DNA from: Octopus bimaculoides
Lineage: Eukaryota
Direction: 5' to 3'
NCBI RefSeq assembly: GCF_001194135.2
Contig: NC_068982.1
Location: 86,118,629-86,182,628, forward strand
Length of the DNA: 64,000 nucleotides
Shown: piece by piece, positions 61,846 through 64,000 of the stretch
How the letters are laid out: each line of letters opens with the position of its first letter
How positions within the stretch are numbered: position 1 is the first letter of the stretch
The notes under the pieces: model-generated
Databases searched by the model: none
What the model saw: the letters and a program-made list of their open reading frames with translations, nothing else
Told to the model about the DNA's origin: nothing
Translations under genes and position numbers: made by a program

Positions 61846-62702
61846 CGTGGTATAATCAATAAGTAGCCAAACTGTTACTATAGTAAGGAAACTAAAACCG
61901 CTTGGCACAAACTAACCTTGATCTCTGCTGTGCATGTCCACTAAGTTTTAATGTTCTAGCTCACTTCTGCTGTTTACAGAAGTGCTTGGAAGAAAGGTAT
62001 GTAGCATGTGATCATCGAATTGACAATGACAGAGAAAGTTGAGCAGAAAATCTACATCAAATTTTGCGAAAAGCTTGGCGATACCTGCTCAGAGGCCTAC
62101 ACAAAGTTTTCGAAAAGTTTTCATCGTTCTCAACACAATCAAAGAGATCTTCTACAACTGAAACCCAAGTGTCTTGCAGTTTTGGCACAAATTTGGTAGA
62201 CATACGTCTCATACCCAAATCTTCAATGATAATGAACTGATCTGAACTGTAACTAATCTGCACATCCTCTGACAACTCAAGGACTGTGATTCGATGAATT
62301 CCCCTCACAGCTGCATGCACATCTGCGATATTTTTCTCAGTTGCAGGTCTTCCAGAATGTTCGTCAATATCAACGTTTTTTTGGCTATCTTGGAAATGTT
62401 TGAACCACTTGTGCACTTGTGTGCGGCTCCTACATTCCTCTCCATTCACTTTCTGCAACTTTGCATAGGCCTCTGAGCAGGTATCACCATGATAACTTTC
62501 TCTGTCATGGTCAATGCGATGATCACAAGCTATATACCTTCCTTCCAAGCACTGCTGTAAACAGCAGCAGTGAGCTAGAACATTAAAACTTAGCATGCAT
62601 GCACAGCAGAAGTTAAGGTCAATCTGTGCCAAGCGGCTTCACTCTGTATGCTTTAGCTTTGTTCCTATGGCAATAGTCTGAATACCTATTGATCAGACCT
62701 TG
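61846..62702. mobile_element. Foldback mariner derivative made of two inverted 5' ends
   Basis: Plus-strand 5' end 61846-62107 joined to minus-strand 5' part 62108-62702; same family as 12965-14161; TA on both flanks. Confidence 0.85.
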
Positions 62703-62744
62703 TATTTGTAAAAGTAGGATCCAAGGATCAATTTAGGATATACA

Positions 62745-64000
62745 TCATTATCATCATCATCATCATCATCATTTAATGTCCGCTTTCCATGCTAGCATGG
62801 GTTGGACGATTTGACTGAGGTCTGGTGAACCAGATGGCTACACCAGGCTCCAATCTGATTTGGCAGAGTTTCTACAGATGGATGCTCTTCCTAACGCCAA
62901 CCACTCCGAGAGTGTAGTGGGTGCTTTTATGTGCCACCAGCACGAAGGCCAGTCAGGAGGTACTTGCAACGGCCACTCTCAAAATGGTGTATTTTACCTG
63001 CCACCTGCACAGGAGCCAGTCCAGCGGCACTGGCAACGATTTTGCTTTTATGTCTTTACATGTGCCACTGGCACAAGTGCCAGGAAGGCGACGCTGGACA
63101 TAGGTGCCATCACGATTTCACTTTTACTTGCCCAAACAGGTCTTCACAAGCCGAGTTTCGTGTCCAATGAAAGAGACGACGTTGGCACGGTGCCAGTCAT
63201 CAAATTTAATTCGATTTCAATTTCACTTGCTTCAACAGGTCTTCGCAAGCGGAGTTTAGTGTCCAATGAAGGAAGGTATGCATAAATGGACTGGCTACAC
63301 CCCTGGCAGAGGCCTTGGATTTAGGTCTCACTTGGCTTACCAGGTCTTCTCATGCACATTATATTTCCAAAGGTCTCGGCCAGAAGTCATCGCCTCGGTG
63401 AGGCCCAATGTTTGAAGGTTGTGCTTCACCACTTCATCCCAGGTCTTCCTTGGCCTACCTCTTCCATAGGTTCTCTCAACTGCTAGGGTGTGGCACTTTT
63501 TCACACAGCTATCCTCATCCATTCTCGCCACATGACCATACCACTGCAATCATCTCTCTTGCACACCACAACTAAGGCTTCTTAGGTTCAACTTTTCTCT
63601 CAAGATACTTACACTCTGTCTAGTATGCACATTGACATTACACATCCATCGGAGCATACTGGCTTCATTCCTTGCGAGCCTACACATGTTCTCAGCAGTC
63701 ATGGCCCGTGTTTCACTGCCATGTAGCATGGCTGTTCGTACACATGTATCATACAATCTGCCTTTTACTTTGAGTGAGAGGCCCCTTGTCACCAGCAGAG
63801 GTAAGAGCTCTCTGAACTTTGCCCAGGCTATTCTTATTCTAGCAGCTACACTTTCAGTGCACCCTCCCCCACTACTAACTTGGTCACCTAGATAGCGGAA
63901 GCTATCAACTAAGTCTAGTTTTTCTCCCTGGAATGTGGCCAAAGTTGTTTTCTGCACATTTTCAGTGTTTATTGCTCCTGAACATCTGCCACATACAAAA
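62745..64000 (-). mobile_element. RTE-type LINE (PHD family) copy H, 3' part, continues beyond the window
   Basis: (GAT)n tail, 3' UTR, GRGRPRKTW, FRYLGDQ..RIRIAWAKFRELLPLL, VCGRC. Confidence 0.92.

Overview
AT-rich, microsatellite-dense, gapped animal genomic DNA. The SINE, LINE and microsatellite complement points to a coleoid cephalopod (Octopus-like); this is an inference. Most recognisable sequence is decayed mobile DNA. Non-LTR elements: an abundant RTE-type family with a PHD-like C4HC3 finger inserted in its RT C-terminus (5 coding copies plus tail-only pieces), two BovB-like RTEs, R4/Dong-type (RLE) fragments and I/Jockey-like remnants. Also present: tRNA-derived SINEs, Tc1/mariner/DD37D transposons, a hAT-like remnant, two Gypsy 3' ends with LTRs, and at least eight Penelope-like element (PLE) pieces (Naiad-type, Neptune/Poseidon-type and solo pseudo-LTRs). 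The best hidden signals are hammerhead ribozyme cores in PLE pseudo-LTRs: two with an intact catalytic core (60785-60867 and 49317-49360, minus strand) and two variant or decayed. Other signals are a repeated PLE association with (TA)n, several foldback structures, and three phase-compatible minus-strand exons (30062-31200) of an unidentified host gene whose introns may contain much of this window. No host gene could be named; no rRNA, true tRNA or CRISPR array was seen.
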